A DNA stretch of 64,000 nucleotides from Balanoglossus misakiensis (Eukaryota > Animalia > Hemichordata). The notes beneath the pieces are model-generated. The model searched no databases. It was not told where the DNA came from and saw only the letters and a list, made by a program, of their open reading frames with translations. The stretch's first letter is position 1. Each line of letters begins with the position of its first letter. The stretch spans positions 7,925,625-7,989,624 of the forward strand of contig CM082579.2 of the NCBI GenBank assembly GCA_040954595.2. Reading direction: 5' to 3'. Shown one piece after another: positions 63,787 to 64,000 of the stretch. Both the position numbers and the translations under genes were made by a program.

Positions 63787-64000
63787 CTGTGAAAAGAGGG
63801 GGGAGCAGCAACGTGTAGCTATTAGGCTTGAATGCGGTGAATTATTGTCATGATGTAATAACGGCACCTGTTCACGGCACTCGATCGGCAAAAACAACAG
63901 TATTAACACACCCAAAGCACATACATGTAGTCCTACATGTCCAGACAGGGTTCACAAATTATCTGCTTTGGGAGTAATTATGCTTCAAAAGAATATTCAA

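Overview
Intron-rich animal genomic DNA, most likely an invertebrate deuterostome (hemichordate- or amphioxus-like; inferred from gene content and repeats). Five protein-coding genes can be spliced by hand with GT-AG junctions and consistent phases. (1) The last two exons of a FAXDC2-like sterol desaturase/fatty-acid hydroxylase (+, 414-1353). (2) A Mastermind-like Notch coactivator with two coding exons and a 15.6-kb intron (+, 11924-30757, 1075 aa). (3) A 13-exon ACSF2-like acyl-CoA synthetase (-, 37892-44791, 608 aa). (4) A second, complete FAXDC2-like paralog (+, 46592-50685, 346 aa). (5) The 3' part of a teneurin (-, 57370->63786; NHL, YD/RHS shell, Tox-GHH). Repeats include six copies of an ~85-bp TTAA-flanked piggyBac-type MITE, other MITE-like palindromes, tandem arrays and microsatellites. 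The best leads are a candidate internal first exon giving a Mastermind without its CSL/NICD-binding helix, an ACSF2 with both a mitochondrial-type N-terminus and a C-terminal PTS1 (-AKL), CTCF-like motifs located in the intergenic gaps, and tight MAML-teneurin-FAXDC2 linkage echoing the vertebrate 4/5/11/X paralogon. All of these are hypotheses from sequence reading; no unambiguous novel system is proven.
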